A stretch of 64,000 nt of DNA from an uncultured Dehalococcoidia bacterium (GCA_964439905.1 CAYTPK010000025.1:1987-65986), one strand, 5' to 3'. Positions 36,781 through 48,158 are shown, numbered from the stretch's first letter. Numbers and translations are program-made. Notes: a model not told the origin generated them from the letters alone.

Positions 36781-39252
36781 ATGTCTAGTAGCAGATTTGA
36801 AAAATTTTCGGAGCGGGCACGAAGGGTCTTAACTCTTGCCCAAGAGGAAGCTCAACGCTTCAATCACAACTATATAGGCACAGAACATATCCTTCTCGGC
36901 CTTGTTAGGGAGACTGAAGGGGTGGTTGCCCGTGTGCTAATTAACCTCGGAATTGACCTCAATAAAGTCCGGGCCGCTGTGGAATTTATTATCGGACGCG
37001 GAGAAAATCCCGTTGAAGGCGAAATTGGTCTCACTCCTCGGGCAAAGAAAGTAATCGAACTTGCAGTAGATGAAGCTCGCAGAATGAACCATTCTTATAT
37101 CGGAACTGAACATTTACTAGTCGGTCTTCTGAGAGAAGGCGAAGGTGTCGCCTCGGGTGTTCTCGAAAGCCTCGGGGTAACTTTGGAAAGCGTACGATCA
37201 GAAACACACAGAGTGTTAACCCAAACCTCTCCAACAAGTAATCAGGGGTCCAAATCAACTAATCGAACTCCCACGCTCGACCAACTAGGCATAGATCTTA
37301 CTGCTGCAGCAAGATCAAATAAGCTTGATCCAGTTATAGGAAGAGACAAAGAGATCGAAAGGGTAATCCAGATCATTAGTAGGCGTACCAAGAACAACCC
37401 TGTCCTAATAGGGGAGCCCGGTGTAGGCAAGACCGCAATTGTAGAGGCCTTAGCACACAAGATTGTTTCTGGAGAAGTTCCAGAAACCCTCCAGGGAAAA
37501 CGTCTCCTTACGTTAGATATGGGCGCCCTAGTTGCAGGAACGAAATACCGAGGGGAATTTGAGGAACGGTTAAAAAAAGTTATAGAAGAAATTCGTGGTT
37601 CCAACAACTGCATATTGTTCATCGATGAAATGCACACGATAGTAGGGGCGGGAGCGGCCGAAGGTGCAGTAGATGCAGCCAACATACTAAAGCCGTCTCT
37701 ATCTAGAGGAGAACTCCAAACCATAGGCGCTACCACTATGGACGACTATCGAAAATATGTGGAGCGGGATCCCGCCTTAGAGCGTAGATTTCAGCCTGTA
37801 ATGGTAGGAGAACCTGATGTTCAAGAGACGATTCGCATTTTAGAAGGCATACGAGCTCGGTACGAAGAACACCACCGAGTAAGGATCAGCGATGAGGCCC
37901 TTCATACGGCAGCAAGTATGGCAGCCCGATTCATTCCAGACAGATTCCTTCCTGATAAGGCTATAGATGTTATGGATGAGGCATCATCTAGGGTCCGTCT
38001 GCGCAATAGTAGTACCCCCTTATCCCTTTACGAAACTATGCGTGTACTCGAAAGCGTGAGAAAAGAGAAAGATGATGCCATTCGCGAGCGCCAATATGAA
38101 TACGCCGCTGAACTTCGCGACCGGGAAACTCGCCTCGAGGAAAAACTACAGGGACAGCGAGATAAATGGGAGGATGAAAAATCTAGAGAGCAACCAATTG
38201 TCTCTGACGAAGACGTTTCCGAGGTTATTAGCCTTTGGACTGGAATCCCCGTAACCAAGCTTGCTGTCGAAGAAACCCAACGCCTTCTGCAAATGGAAGA
38301 GGAGCTACACAAGAGAATTATAGGACAAGACGAAGCCATTACAAACATTTCAAAAGCAGTGAGAAGGGCTCGGGCGGGATTAAAAGATCCGAGGAGACCT
38401 GTCGGCGTATTTTTATTCCTGGGCCCAACGGGTGTCGGTAAAACTGAACTCGTCAGAGCCCTTTCTGAGTTTATGTTCGGCAGCGAAGATTCTATGGTCA
38501 GGCTCGATATGTCGGAATTTATGGAACGCCACACAGTAGCCAGATTAATCGGGGCTCCTCCTGGATACGTAGGATATGAAGAGGGAGGACAACTTACAGA
38601 AGCCGTCAGGCGCAAATCTTACTCATGTATTCTGCTGGACGAGATAGAAAAAGCGAATCCGGAAGTTTTTAACATTCTATTGCAGATATTTGATGACGGA
38701 CACCTAGCAGATTCGAGAGGCAGAAAGATCGATTTCCGAAATACCGTCATCATCATGACAAGTAACTTAGGATCAGATTTAATTAAGCGCGAAACTGCGC
38801 TTGGATTTACTCTGAAATCTGAAGATGCCAAAACAGACGAGCAGGCCTACCAAAGAATGCGGGATAAGGTGCTAGACGAAGTCAAGCGTTTCTTCCGTCC
38901 CGAATTCCTCAATCGGATAGATTCCAATGTGGTATTCCATCAGCTGAACAGAGGTCAAATACTATCCATAGTAGATCTCCTGCTAGAACAAGTCGCTACA
39001 CAACTCAAGGAAAAACATATTGAGCTCGAAGTAACTAAAGAAGCCAAGGAATATTTAGGTGAAAAAGGCTTCGATCCCAATTTTGGCGCTCGCCCCTTAC
39101 GAAGACTGATCCAAAATGTTATTGAGGACAAACTATCCGAAGAACTTCTTGGCGGACGGTTAAATTCTGGGGATACCGCTGTAATTAAAATCGAAGATGG
39201 CGAGATCGTTGCCACGACCAAGAATCCCGTGGAAGTGGCACCAACGGGTTAA
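36781..39252 (+). CDS. clpC: ATP-dependent Clp protease ATP-binding subunit ClpC
   Basis: 823 aa with two Clp_N repeats, two Walker A sites ([16 protein letters not shown]) and a UVR-like middle region. Confidence 0.95.
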   Translation: MSSSRFEKFSERARRVLTLAQEEAQRFNHNYIGTEHILLGLVRETEGVVARVLINLGIDLNKVRAAVEFIIGRGENPVEGEIGLTPRAKKVIELAVDEARRMNHSYIGTEHLLVGLLREGEGVASGVLESLGVTLESVRSETHRVLTQTSPTSNQGSKSTNRTPTLDQLGIDLTAAARSNKLDPVIGRDKEIERVIQIISRRTKNNPVLIGEPGVGKTAIVEALAHKIVSGEVPETLQGKRLLTLDMGALVAGTKYRGEFEERLKKVIEEIRGSNNCILFIDEMHTIVGAGAAEGAVDAANILKPSLSRGELQTIGATTMDDYRKYVERDPALERRFQPVMVGEPDVQETIRILEGIRARYEEHHRVRISDEALHTAASMAARFIPDRFLPDKAIDVMDEASSRVRLRNSSTPLSLYETMRVLESVRKEKDDAIRERQYEYAAELRDRETRLEEKLQGQRDKWEDEKSREQPIVSDEDVSEVISLWTGIPVTKLAVEETQRLLQMEEELHKRIIGQDEAITNISKAVRRARAGLKDPRRPVGVFLFLGPTGVGKTELVRALSEFMFGSEDSMVRLDMSEFMERHTVARLIGAPPGYVGYEEGGQLTEAVRRKSYSCILLDEIEKANPEVFNILLQIFDDGHLADSRGRKIDFRNTVIIMTSNLGSDLIKRETALGFTLKSEDAKTDEQAYQRMRDKVLDEVKRFFRPEFLNRIDSNVVFHQLNRGQILSIVDLLLEQVATQLKEKHIELEVTKEAKEYLGEKGFDPNFGARPLRRLIQNVIEDKLSEELLGGRLNSGDTAVIKIEDGEIVATTKNPVEVAPTG

Positions 39253-39297
39253 TGAATACCCTTTCCTTATTCCTAAAACGATAATTCCAATCCATAG

Positions 39298-40593
39298 ATG
39301 GACCGATACAACATTCCTTCTTTTAACATACCCTTTTTTTACGGATGGATTATAGTTGGCACTCTATTTGCCGTTAACTTTTCCACAATGGCTACCGGAA
39401 CATTTAATTTCGGATTATTTGTTATCCCGATGGGGATAACCCTGGGGGCATCACGTAGTTTGTTTGGTTGGGCCCAAACAATACGCCTCGTGACCGGCGG
39501 GATTTCCAGTATTGCCATCGGAAAATTACTCGACAACTATGGTCCCAGATTGTTAATTCCAATTGCTACAATAATAGTCTTTTTAGCAATGTTGGCGTTG
39601 GCCTATATTAGCAAGCCTTGGCACCTACTTGCTCTTTTTGGTTTAATTGGCCTCACCGGATTGACAGCTCCAGGTGCTATGATGAGCTCAGTTCCAACCG
39701 CTAAATGGTTCATAATAAATCGCGGGAAAGCATTAGCCTGGGTCACAGCCGGACTTGGAATAGGAGGCATAGTCTTTCTGCCTCTAAGTCAACTCCTAAT
39801 CGACAATCTGGGGTGGAGATCTGCCTGGATCATACTAGCATTTTGCAGTATAACTATTTCATTCCCCCTATCATTAATTTTTCTGCGCCGTCAACCTGAA
39901 GACATAGGTTTACAACCTGACGGCATATCATCCAGCTTAGTAAAATCTAAAAAATTACCTTCTCAAACACTAGAATTCCCATGGACCGTCTCCGCCGCTA
40001 TACAAACCAAAACGTTCTGGCAACTAATTGGGTTCTTTTTCCTTTTGGGCCTAGCATCTGGATTGAGTGAAGTTCATAGAGTCCCATACTGGATAGAGCA
40101 GGGATTCAAGCCTCAAATAGTATCCTACGCCATGGCAGCTGATGCGGCCTTGGCAGCTCTTTCGATTTTCACTGCAGGATTCTTACTGGACAGGTTTCCA
40201 TCGAGAAACATTGCGATTAGCTCTTGCATAGGATTCTTTTTTGCAACCAATTTAATGATTGTGGCAGGCAATAATTTCTTCCTGTTTTCCTCAACTATTC
40301 TATGGGGCTTATCCGTCGGAATCCACATGATGGTGATGTCATTCATTTGGGTCGATTATTTTGGCCGGACTTTCGCCGGGTCTATTCGGGGTGTAGTTTT
40401 ACCCGCCTCACTTATCTCCGCTGGAGTAGGGGCTCCGCTAACTGGATATGTTTATCAAGCAACCAATAGTTATACACCCGTTTGGTGGAGTCTTTTCGTT
40501 ATTTATATCCTTGCAGCTTGCCTAATTGCTTTTGTGACTCCTCCTAGTAAACCCAAAAACAAACAATCAGTGGAAATGAAGGATCTGATATAA
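39298..40593 (+). CDS. MFS transporter (12-TMS, oxalate/formate-antiporter-like)
   Basis: 431 aa, hydrophobic, 12 predicted helices. Confidence 0.7.
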   Translation: MDRYNIPSFNIPFFYGWIIVGTLFAVNFSTMATGTFNFGLFVIPMGITLGASRSLFGWAQTIRLVTGGISSIAIGKLLDNYGPRLLIPIATIIVFLAMLALAYISKPWHLLALFGLIGLTGLTAPGAMMSSVPTAKWFIINRGKALAWVTAGLGIGGIVFLPLSQLLIDNLGWRSAWIILAFCSITISFPLSLIFLRRQPEDIGLQPDGISSSLVKSKKLPSQTLEFPWTVSAAIQTKTFWQLIGFFFLLGLASGLSEVHRVPYWIEQGFKPQIVSYAMAADAALAALSIFTAGFLLDRFPSRNIAISSCIGFFFATNLMIVAGNNFFLFSSTILWGLSVGIHMMVMSFIWVDYFGRTFAGSIRGVVLPASLISAGVGAPLTGYVYQATNSYTPVWWSLFVIYILAACLIAFVTPPSKPKNKQSVEMKDLI

Positions 40594-40619
40594 TCTAGGC
40601 AGTCTCAAGGAGCTCAAGA

Positions 40620-41987
40620 TTGACTAGAAAACCCTTCGGACCCAACGGTTTCTTCTGTTCTGATTGTGGCTATGAGAGCCCCAAATGGATGGGTTTTTGT
40701 AGTTCGTGTCAATCTAATCAACCTCTAGTAGAAGCCCCTTCGAGACCTTCTTCTAATAGAAAAGGATGGGTTAACAAAGAATCGTCCGGCCTCAAAGAAC
40801 TCGTTTCAATTTCCTTCGATAGCGGAGAAAGAATGAGTTCGGGGTTCGCAGAACTGGATCGAGTCCTCGGCGGCGGACTTGTCCCGGGTTCTTTGGTTTT
40901 GATAGCAGGAGAGCCTGGCATAGGCAAGTCAACTCTTCTCCTTCAGATCGCGCATCAAGTTTCACTTACCAAAAGGACGGTAACATACATTTCAGGAGAA
41001 GAATCCAATCATCAAATAAAACTGCGATCAAATCGTTTGGAGATATCCGGTGAAAATGTCTTCCTTTTATCAGAAACTAATGTGGAAGAAATAATCGATC
41101 ATTTGGAAGCCACTCTTCCTTCATTAGTTATAATCGATTCTGTACAGACCCTTTCCTCATCTGATGTGGGTCTTGCGCCCGGCTCCATACCTCAAGTTCG
41201 ATCGTCTGTCCTAACATTACTTGAATGGGCTAAATACAGAAACGCACCTCTAGTCCTATCCGGACATGTTACCAAAGACGGAACCATAGCCGGGCCTCGC
41301 GTTCTTGAACATATGGTCGATGCGGTTCTTTACCTCGAAGGCGAATCATTGAGTTCCAACAGGATTGTACACAGTCAGAAAAATCGTTTTGGGTCGACTA
41401 ACGAAGTAGCAATTTTTTCTATGGAACCGGATGGGCTAAAAGAAATCGCTGACCCGTCTCATACTCTGTTAGCCAATAGAAACCACGACGCAGTGGGTTC
41501 CTCGGTAGTCCCAACAATAGGTGGAAGTCGTCCCCTCATGGTAGAAATTCAAGCACTTACATCCCCTGCCTACGGACCTTCGCCCCGCCGAACAGCCAAT
41601 GGAATAGATCTCAGTCGCTTGGTAATGATTTCTACCGTTTTGACCCAACGATCACACCTGAATTTAGGCAATAGAGATGTAACAGTTAATGTAGCGGGAG
41701 GGTTAAAAATCTCCGACCCTGGATGTGATTTGGCCCTGGCTTTGGCAATCGCGTCATGTTTAAAAGACATGCCCATAAAACGAGACCTCGTGCCTCTTGG
41801 AGAAGTGGGCTTAAGTGGAGAACTAAGACCAGTGTCCCAGCTAAATCGCCGCCTACAAGAAGCATCTCGCCTCGGATTTACATCGTGCATTTTACCCATG
41901 GGAGCTCAGCACAATAAAATCCAGGGGCTGAAACCCATATTCGCTCCGAATATATCCGCAGCTATTAGAATAGGGCTATTTAATTAG
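40620..41987 (+). CDS. radA: DNA repair protein RadA/Sms
   Basis: TTG start. Zn finger CSDCGYESPKWMGFCSSC, Walker A GEPGIGKST, KNRFG, and a Lon-like C-terminal domain. Confidence 0.92.
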   Translation: MTRKPFGPNGFFCSDCGYESPKWMGFCSSCQSNQPLVEAPSRPSSNRKGWVNKESSGLKELVSISFDSGERMSSGFAELDRVLGGGLVPGSLVLIAGEPGIGKSTLLLQIAHQVSLTKRTVTYISGEESNHQIKLRSNRLEISGENVFLLSETNVEEIIDHLEATLPSLVIIDSVQTLSSSDVGLAPGSIPQVRSSVLTLLEWAKYRNAPLVLSGHVTKDGTIAGPRVLEHMVDAVLYLEGESLSSNRIVHSQKNRFGSTNEVAIFSMEPDGLKEIADPSHTLLANRNHDAVGSSVVPTIGGSRPLMVEIQALTSPAYGPSPRRTANGIDLSRLVMISTVLTQRSHLNLGNRDVTVNVAGGLKISDPGCDLALALAIASCLKDMPIKRDLVPLGEVGLSGELRPVSQLNRRLQEASRLGFTSCILPMGAQHNKIQGLKPIFAPNISAAIRIGLFN

Positions 41988-42073
41988 AATTGAAACTCTA
42001 GACATAAACAATTTCCTTGACCTATAAAGATCATAATTTACTAGAAAACATAGCTTAACTATATAATGTTTTT

Positions 42074-42102
42074 CTTGACTTAGCTTAACCGCTTCCCTAC
42101 AA
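42074..42102 (+). promoter_or_regulatory. Promoter of the tRNA-tuf transcription unit
   Basis: TTGACT (42074-42079), 17-nt spacer, TACAAT (42097-42102). Confidence 0.5.
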
Positions 42103-42158
42103 TAACATGTCAGGGTGGCGGCTATAGCCGTCGCTTTTATCTTTCTGGGCCAATGCGA

Positions 42159-42231
42159 GCCCCAGTGGCGCAATGGTAGCGCAGCCGACTTGTAATCGGC
42201 AGGTTAGCGGGTTCGAATCCCCTCTGGGGCT
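42159..42231 (+). tRNA. tRNA-Thr (anticodon UGU), CCA not encoded
   Basis: Acceptor GCCCCAG/CTGGGGC, anticodon loop CTTGTAA, T-loop TTCGAAT. The T-stem has one C:C mismatch and one G:U pair. Confidence 0.8.
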
Positions 42232-42316
42232 TTCCCGCCGACACGCTGGGACAAGCTAGAAAGCCCTTACATGTCTTGGCTGGTATATAGCCCTATGCTA
42301 AGCTTAAGCCCAACCA

Positions 42317-42404
42317 GGAGGGGTGGGTGAGTGGTTTAAACCACCAGACTGTAAATCTGGCGCTCGAAAGGGCTTCGCAGGTTCGAATCCTGCCCCCTCC
42401 ACCA
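42317..42404 (+). tRNA. tRNA-Tyr (anticodon GUA), long variable arm, CCA encoded
   Basis: Acceptor GGAGGGG/CCCCTCC, anticodon loop CTGTAAA, T-arm GCAGGTTCGAATCCTGC. Confidence 0.9.
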
Positions 42405-42438
42405 GTAGGAAAGATAGAAGGCGTAAGCTAATACCTAC

Positions 42439-42514
42439 GCCCACATAGCTCAGGAGGTAGAGCACACCCTTGGTAAGGGTGAGGTCGACGGTTCAAATCC
42501 GTCTGTGGGCTCCA
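42439..42514 (+). tRNA. tRNA-Thr (anticodon GGU), CCA encoded
   Basis: Acceptor GCCCACA/TGTGGGC, anticodon loop TTGGTAA, T-arm GACGGTTCAAATCCGTC. Confidence 0.9.
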
Positions 42515-42549
42515 TCACCACAAAGTATTGTTTAGGAGGAAGGCCTTAA

Positions 42550-43755
42550 ATGGCAAAGCAACGCTACGAGAGAGGAAAACCTCATCTTAATGTCGGAACT
42601 ATAGGTCATGTAGACCACGGAAAAACTACACTTACATCCGCTATATCAATGGTCTTGTCAAACCAGGGCACTGGCACAACAGGGACCTCATTCGAGAACA
42701 TTGACAACGCGCCCGAAGAGCGTGCTCGAGGTGTAACAATTAATATCTCACACATCGAGTACGAGACAGAAGCTCGACATTACGCCCACGTCGACTGTCC
42801 AGGGCACGCTGACTATATAAAAAATATGATCACTGGGGCTGCTCAAATGGATGGAGCCATTTTGGTTGTTAGCGCACCAGACGGCCCGATGCCTCAAACT
42901 AGAGAGCACATTCTTTTAGCTAGCCAAGTGGAAGTCCCTAGGATCGTCGTAGCCTTGAACAAAGTAGATGCAATGGACGATGAAGAATTACTGGAACTCG
43001 TAGAGCTAGAAGTACGAGAATTGTTGACCCAATATGGTTTTCCTGGAGACGATACTCCAATTGTAAGGGTAAGTGCACTCAAAGCATTGGAGGAAGTTGA
43101 AGCTGGAAACTCAGATGGGGAATACTCCAAAGGAATCTTCGATCTGGTCAAGGCAATGGAAGATTATGTCCCTCAGCCTGAGCGTGCGGTAGATCAACCG
43201 TTTCTAATGCCTGTTGAAGACGTATTCGGTATTAAAGGCAGAGGCACAGTTGTCACTGGGAGGGTGGAAAGAGGTACTATCAAAGTCGGCGACGAAGTTG
43301 AAATTGTAGGAGCAGGTAGTGTTCGAAAATCTGTCGCTACAGGGCTTGAAATGTTCCATAAACTGCTGGATGAATCAGAAGCTGGAGACGCAGTAGGAGT
43401 GCTCCTACGTGGTGTCAACCGAGAAGATATCGCCCGCGGTGAAATCTTAGCCAAGCCTGGCACAATAAAACCTCACGATAAGATTAAAGCAGAAGTCTAC
43501 GTACTGAGTAAAGATGAAGGCGGAAGACACACTCCATTTTTCACTGGCTATAGACCTCAATTCTACATTCGCACAAGTGATATAACCGGCGAAATAAAGC
43601 TGGAAGAAGGCGTTGAAATGGTCATGCCGGGAGATAACACGACAATGGACATCAACCTGATGTTCCCCATTGCTCTCGAAGAAGGAATCCACTTCGCCAT
43701 TCGGGAAGGTGGTAGAACGGTCGGCGCTGGTGTCGTAACGAAAATTGTGGAATAG
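42550..43755 (+). CDS. tuf: Elongation factor Tu
   Basis: 401 aa with [14 protein letters not shown] and NKVD. Confidence 0.97.
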   Translation: MAKQRYERGKPHLNVGTIGHVDHGKTTLTSAISMVLSNQGTGTTGTSFENIDNAPEERARGVTINISHIEYETEARHYAHVDCPGHADYIKNMITGAAQMDGAILVVSAPDGPMPQTREHILLASQVEVPRIVVALNKVDAMDDEELLELVELEVRELLTQYGFPGDDTPIVRVSALKALEEVEAGNSDGEYSKGIFDLVKAMEDYVPQPERAVDQPFLMPVEDVFGIKGRGTVVTGRVERGTIKVGDEVEIVGAGSVRKSVATGLEMFHKLLDESEAGDAVGVLLRGVNREDIARGEILAKPGTIKPHDKIKAEVYVLSKDEGGRHTPFFTGYRPQFYIRTSDITGEIKLEEGVEMVMPGDNTTMDINLMFPIALEEGIHFAIREGGRTVGAGVVTKIVE

Positions 43756-43758
43756 TTT

Positions 43759-43929
43759 ATGGCCAAGAAAAAAGGTGACGTCAGGATGGTAATTACTCTA
43801 CAGTGCACAGACTGTAGAGAGAGGAACTACACATCCTCGAAAAACCGGCGAAATGATCCCGACCGATTGGAGCTTCGAAAATTCTGCTCACGATGTCGTG
43901 GATCCAAGATCCATAGAGAGGTTCGATAG
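43759..43929 (+). CDS. rpmG: 50S ribosomal protein L33 (56 aa; absent from ORF track)
   Basis: Own translation: [56 protein letters not shown]. CxxC...CxxC pattern, in the canonical position between tuf and secE. Confidence 0.85.
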   Translation: MAKKKGDVRMVITLQCTDCRERNYTSSKNRRNDPDRLELRKFCSRCRGSKIHREVR

Positions 43930-44175
43930 TTGGCAGAACGATCTTCCTCAACCGTAATTCGCCGACCTGGACAGGACCAGATGCGTGGGTTCAAACCAGG
44001 CAAGTTTATCAACGAAGTAATATCAGAACTTCGAAAATCTGTCTGGCCAACACGGGATGAGGTTATTAGGTTGACTTGGGTAGTTCTAGTAATAGCATCC
44101 ATTGTGGGGGGAATCTTGGGGTTTCTGGATTTTTCGTATTCCCGAACTTTCACTAAATATATAGTCTTGCCCTAA
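43930..44175 (+). CDS. secE: Preprotein translocase subunit SecE
   Basis: FINEVISELRKSVWPTRDEV followed by a single TM helix. The start is TTG 43930 or the internal ATG (MRGFKPG...). Confidence 0.75.
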   Translation: MAERSSSTVIRRPGQDQMRGFKPGKFINEVISELRKSVWPTRDEVIRLTWVVLVIASIVGGILGFLDFSYSRTFTKYIVLP

Positions 44176-44219
44176 AGATAATCCTAGCAAAGCATACTTA
44201 AAGTTAAGAGTAATAAGTT

Positions 44220-44789
44220 ATGGTAGACATCGTCACAGAACAAAATCAGGACCTCCGTTGGTACATAGTTCATACCTATTCTGGACAAGAAGAGCGTGTA
44301 AAAAAGAACTTGGAGTTAAGAATTCAGAGCCTTGACATGCAAGATAGGATCTACCAGGTGATTATTCCCACAGAAGAAGAGATCGCCTTCAAAGATGGGA
44401 AACGAAAATCTGAGCGTAAAAAGGTTTTTCCTGGCTATATACTAGTACAGATGAAAATGGACGATGAAAGTTGGTACGCCGTCCGAAACACACCTGGGGT
44501 TACTGGATTCGTCTCAACTGAGGACGAGCAAGACAAACGACCGCAACCGATAGCTTTGGAACCCAAAGAGGTCGAAGCGATTTTATCCCAGATAGAATCA
44601 GGAGCCCCAAAGATGGCTGTCGGACTAAAAACAGGAGATATGGTCAGAATAAAAGAAGGACCATTCACAGATTTCATGGGATCAGTTAGTGAAGTTGACT
44701 TAGACAAAGCAAGGATTAGGGTTCTGGTCACATTTTTCGGTAGAGAGACGCCAGTTGAACTCGACTTCCTTCAAGTTGAGAAGGTATAG
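44220..44789 (+). CDS. nusG: Transcription termination/antitermination factor NusG
   Basis: [11 protein letters not shown], a KOW domain, 189 aa. Confidence 0.92.
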   Translation: MVDIVTEQNQDLRWYIVHTYSGQEERVKKNLELRIQSLDMQDRIYQVIIPTEEEIAFKDGKRKSERKKVFPGYILVQMKMDDESWYAVRNTPGVTGFVSTEDEQDKRPQPIALEPKEVEAILSQIESGAPKMAVGLKTGDMVRIKEGPFTDFMGSVSEVDLDKARIRVLVTFFGRETPVELDFLQVEKV

Positions 44790-44799
44790 GAGTTATCTA

Positions 44800-45225
44800 A
44801 TGGCCAAAAAAATAAGGGCTATAATCAAGCTTCAATTACAAGCTGGAAGTGCCTCCCCAGCACCTCCAGTGGGCCCAGCATTGGGACAACACGGAGTGAA
44901 TATTATGGGATTTGTCAAAGAATATAACGCTCGCACGGCCAAGCAAGCAGGAACAGTAGTTCCCGTTCATCTCACGGTCTACGAAGATCGATCATTCGCA
45001 TTCGTTACGAAAACTCCCCCCGCCTCGGATCTTCTTCGAAAAGCTGCCGGCGTGGAAAAGGGATCATCTTCAGCTTCACAAGGAAAGGTAGGTACCATCA
45101 AACGATCGGATTTGGAAACTATAGCGAAAAGCAAAATGGACGACCTAAACGCCAGAGATGTTTCGGGTGCAATAAAGATAATTGAAGGCACAGCCAGAAG
45201 CATGGGCATACAAGTAGAGGAGTAA
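44800..45225 (+). CDS. rplK: 50S ribosomal protein L11
   Basis: ATG 44800 after AGGAG. The sequence [34 protein letters not shown] supports the call. The track start at 44755 is too early. Confidence 0.93.
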   Translation: MAKKIRAIIKLQLQAGSASPAPPVGPALGQHGVNIMGFVKEYNARTAKQAGTVVPVHLTVYEDRSFAFVTKTPPASDLLRKAAGVEKGSSSASQGKVGTIKRSDLETIAKSKMDDLNARDVSGAIKIIEGTARSMGIQVEE

Positions 45226-45228
45226 CCA

Positions 45229-45942
45229 GTGAAGAAGCGCGGAAAACAATATCAAGACGCTCAAAAAACTATATCGTACGAGAAAACTTACGAACTTAAG
45301 GAGGCTGTCGACACACTTAAAGGTGTTTCCACGGCCAAGTTTGACGAGACCGTAGAACTACATCTAAGGACTAATGTAGATACTCGACACGCAGATCAAA
45401 TGGTTCGTGGAGTAGCTCAGCTACCTCATGGCCTCGGAAAACAAATCCGTGTCTTAGTTTTTGCCGACGGAGAAGCCGCCACCATAGCCCGTGACGCCGG
45501 TGCTGACTATATTGCCGACTCAGACGTTATGAAACAAATCGAAGACGGATGGACAGACTTTGAAGTTGGACTAGCCGTCCCAGATATGATGAGCAAGATA
45601 GGCAAATTGGGTCGTGTGCTGGGACGCAAGGGCTTGATGCCAAACCCACGAACCGGAACAATGGTCCAACAACAAGACCTACCTAAGGCAATCAACGATG
45701 CTAAAAAAGGTAGAGTCGAATATAAAACCGATCGAACGTCACTAATACACTGCCCTGTAGGAAAGAAAAGTTTTAGCTCAGAGCATTTGACAGACAATGT
45801 AGCTTCTCTTATGAACGCTGTGGTAAAATCAAAACCCACCGGGGTTAAGGGCATGTTCATTAGAGCAGCGTACCTGACCAGCACGATGGGACCAAGTATA
45901 CCCCTGGACGTGAACGAACTAACATCAATAAAGATAGACTAA
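45229..45942 (+). CDS. rplA: 50S ribosomal protein L1
   Basis: GTG start, 237 aa, with FDETVELHLRTNVDTRHADQMVRG. Confidence 0.93.
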   Translation: MKKRGKQYQDAQKTISYEKTYELKEAVDTLKGVSTAKFDETVELHLRTNVDTRHADQMVRGVAQLPHGLGKQIRVLVFADGEAATIARDAGADYIADSDVMKQIEDGWTDFEVGLAVPDMMSKIGKLGRVLGRKGLMPNPRTGTMVQQQDLPKAINDAKKGRVEYKTDRTSLIHCPVGKKSFSSEHLTDNVASLMNAVVKSKPTGVKGMFIRAAYLTSTMGPSIPLDVNELTSIKID

Positions 45943-46079
45943 CCTCTCTACCGCTTAAGACAACGGGGCTCCCGTGGAGTTAAATATCCCGTCGAGGCTG
46001 TAACGGTTCGACTGTTGGTATCAACTTGAAGTCGTTCCCCACACCTCTAGTGCGGGGAATTTCTGCTTAAGGAGAAAAT
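45943..46079 (+). ncRNA. Candidate ribosomal-protein L10 leader with terminator-like hairpin
   Basis: 137-nt spacer containing CTTAAGACAACGGGG...CCCGTCGAGG, then the hairpin TTCCCCACAC/GTGCGGGGAA (46035-46059) followed by TTTCTGCTT, just before the rplJ RBS. Confidence 0.5.
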
Positions 46080-46616
46080 ATGCCAACAGAACGAAAGATA
46101 AAACAAGTCCAGGAACTGAATGACAAGCTGAGCAATTGTAGCATAGCTATAGCTACTGATCCGACTGGTATAGACGGAAATACTATGACACAACTCCGTA
46201 GCATTATGGCGAAACACCACGTTGAATACCGAATGGTGAAAAATACACTAGCCTACATATCGAGTGATACTGTAGAGAAGCCTCAGATGCGAGACATAAT
46301 TCAAGGGCCTACTGTCCTTGCCATTGGATATGACGATCCCGTCATCGTGGCAAAGGCCGTAGCTGAATGCATAAAGAATAGCCAATCTGTGCTAGCAATC
46401 AAAGGTGCCCTGATGGGACAGGATATCCTAGACTCAGCACAGGTCAATATGATGGCAAATTTGCCACCGAAAGACCAGTTGATAGCGAAACTCCTTGGAC
46501 AGCTTCAATCTCCTATCATAAAGGTGGTTACCGTCTTAAATGGACCTCTAAATGGTCTGGCAAATGTACTATCGCAAAGATTAAACCAACTTGACTCCCA
46601 ACCCACTCAATCTTAA
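46080..46616 (+). CDS. rplJ: 50S ribosomal protein L10
   Basis: 178 aa, position and family resemblance, RBS AAGGAG. Confidence 0.9.
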   Translation: MPTERKIKQVQELNDKLSNCSIAIATDPTGIDGNTMTQLRSIMAKHHVEYRMVKNTLAYISSDTVEKPQMRDIIQGPTVLAIGYDDPVIVAKAVAECIKNSQSVLAIKGALMGQDILDSAQVNMMANLPPKDQLIAKLLGQLQSPIIKVVTVLNGPLNGLANVLSQRLNQLDSQPTQS

Positions 46617-46650
46617 CTAAAAAGTCTGCAATTATTTATTCGGAGGAATA

Positions 46651-47031
46651 ATGACAAAAGAAGAAATTTTAGAAGCAGTAAAAAGCATGTCGGTAATAGA
46701 ATTGTCGGAGCTCGTCAAATCTCTCGAAGATGAATTTGGCGTTTCGGCCGCCCCAGTCGCGGTTGCGGCAGCACCTTCTGCAACATCAGGAGAAGGATCC
46801 GGGGAGGCAACAGAAGAACAAACTGACTTCACCGTTAATTTAGACGAAGTTGGGCCAAATAAAATTGCTGTTATCAAAGCCGTCCGTGAATTCACAAGCC
46901 TGGGATTGAGAGAAGCAAAAGAACTGGTGGAGAGCGCCCCCAAGGAAATCAAGGAGGGCGTAGCAAAAGAAGAAGGCGAGGAAATAAAGAAGAAGCTAGA
47001 GGAAGCAGGCGCTAAGGTTTCCCTGAAATAG
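46651..47031 (+). CDS. rplL: 50S ribosomal protein L7/L12
   Basis: 126 aa with an Ala-rich hinge and [24 protein letters not shown]. Confidence 0.93.
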   Translation: MTKEEILEAVKSMSVIELSELVKSLEDEFGVSAAPVAVAAAPSATSGEGSGEATEEQTDFTVNLDEVGPNKIAVIKAVREFTSLGLREAKELVESAPKEIKEGVAKEEGEEIKKKLEEAGAKVSLK

Positions 47032-47060
47032 GTCGATTATCACCTAATGGATCAACCTAG

Positions 47061-47279
47061 TTGAGCAAGCGAAAAGATCGAGAACGGTTCCTATTAAAAA
47101 AGGAAGCCAATACAGAATATGTTGGTTTCAGGGGTGCGGGCCACAGTCCGTCACGCAAACAGGATACTCCGTTAGAGCCTGTCATTTGTATTAAGTGTGG
47201 TCGAAAACGCAATGTTCCAGCAAGCATTGCAATCGATCACACTCACGATTACATATGTACAGCCTGCGAGGATTTCTAA
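47061..47279 (+). CDS. Hypothetical small zinc-ribbon protein (72 aa)
   Basis: TTG start only and no clear RBS. CIKCG...CTAC pattern. Confidence 0.3.
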   Translation: MSKRKDRERFLLKKEANTEYVGFRGAGHSPSRKQDTPLEPVICIKCGRKRNVPASIAIDHTHDYICTACEDF

Positions 47280-47408
47280 ATCCCAGCCTACTACTAAACC
47301 CTTTCCTATTTGACGAACCTATACTTGTACGCATCCTATAATAGGACAAGTCATTCGCCCAAGAGACATTCCTTCTATGGGTTATATTGATAATTATCTC
47401 GACAATAT

Positions 47409-48134
47409 TTAGAAAATAAATATTCGTCTAAAAGGCTCTGCATATTTAACTCCTGTCTTTATACCAATCCTGCCATATCCTTCCCTAAGCTGTTCTTCAA
47501 ATTGCCTCAACCTGACAATGTCTGTCCCCATTTGGCTCTCATGCATCTTCAGTGCAGCTAATTTCAATTCGAAGGTTGCTGAAATATCAACCGCAAAATC
47601 TTCGTCATCACAATATGCCTCTACTAAAACCTCTTGGACATTATGTGGTCCAAATCCCTCCCTAATTAGGTCAGGAAAGGAATGATAATCACGAGCAGAA
47701 GGAAAAACAGCTTCTAATGCCGCAGCAGCTGATGCTCTATGATCGGGATGATTCAGGCCCCAAGGAGTGAAATAATAGACTGGATTACCGCAAACCACGA
47801 CCTCAGGTTTTAATCTCCTTATCTGCCGTACAATATCCTTCCTAAGGGATATTGTATTCTCAAGCGTATTATCACGATACCTCAAGAATATCACTTCCTT
47901 AACCCCGACAACATCCGCCGCCGCCCGTTGTTCCCGTTCTCTAATTGATGCCAATTTTTCTGGGTTCATATCGGGATCTCCAGTGCCAGTATCTCCACTT
48001 GTACAGAGCACATAATTGATCTCACGTCCTTCCGAACTCCATTTGGCAGCGGAGCCTGCCATCAAAAAATCCACATCATCTGGATGGGCGACGATCGCCA
48101 TGATACGTTGGTAGTTAAAACTAGGTTCCGTCAT
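47409..48134 (-). CDS. PIG-L / LmbE-family deacetylase
   Basis: AHPDDVDF motif and HPDH, 241 aa. Confidence 0.75.
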   Translation of the reverse strand: MTEPSFNYQRIMAIVAHPDDVDFLMAGSAAKWSSEGREINYVLCTSGDTGTGDPDMNPEKLASIREREQRAAADVVGVKEVIFLRYRDNTLENTISLRKDIVRQIRRLKPEVVVCGNPVYYFTPWGLNHPDHRASAAAALEAVFPSARDYHSFPDLIREGFGPHNVQEVLVEAYCDDEDFAVDISATFELKLAALKMHESQMGTDIVRLRQFEEQLREGYGRIGIKTGVKYAEPFRRIFIF

Positions 48135-48158
48135 ATAAATTCTCCTAAAACTTACTCC

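Noticed and set aside
37242-38615. Long antisense ORFs inside clpC (164 aa and 195 aa, minus strand).
   Set aside because: These are shadow ORFs of a strongly supported gene. They are Ser/Pro/Arg-rich and low-complexity, with no RBS or family resemblance.
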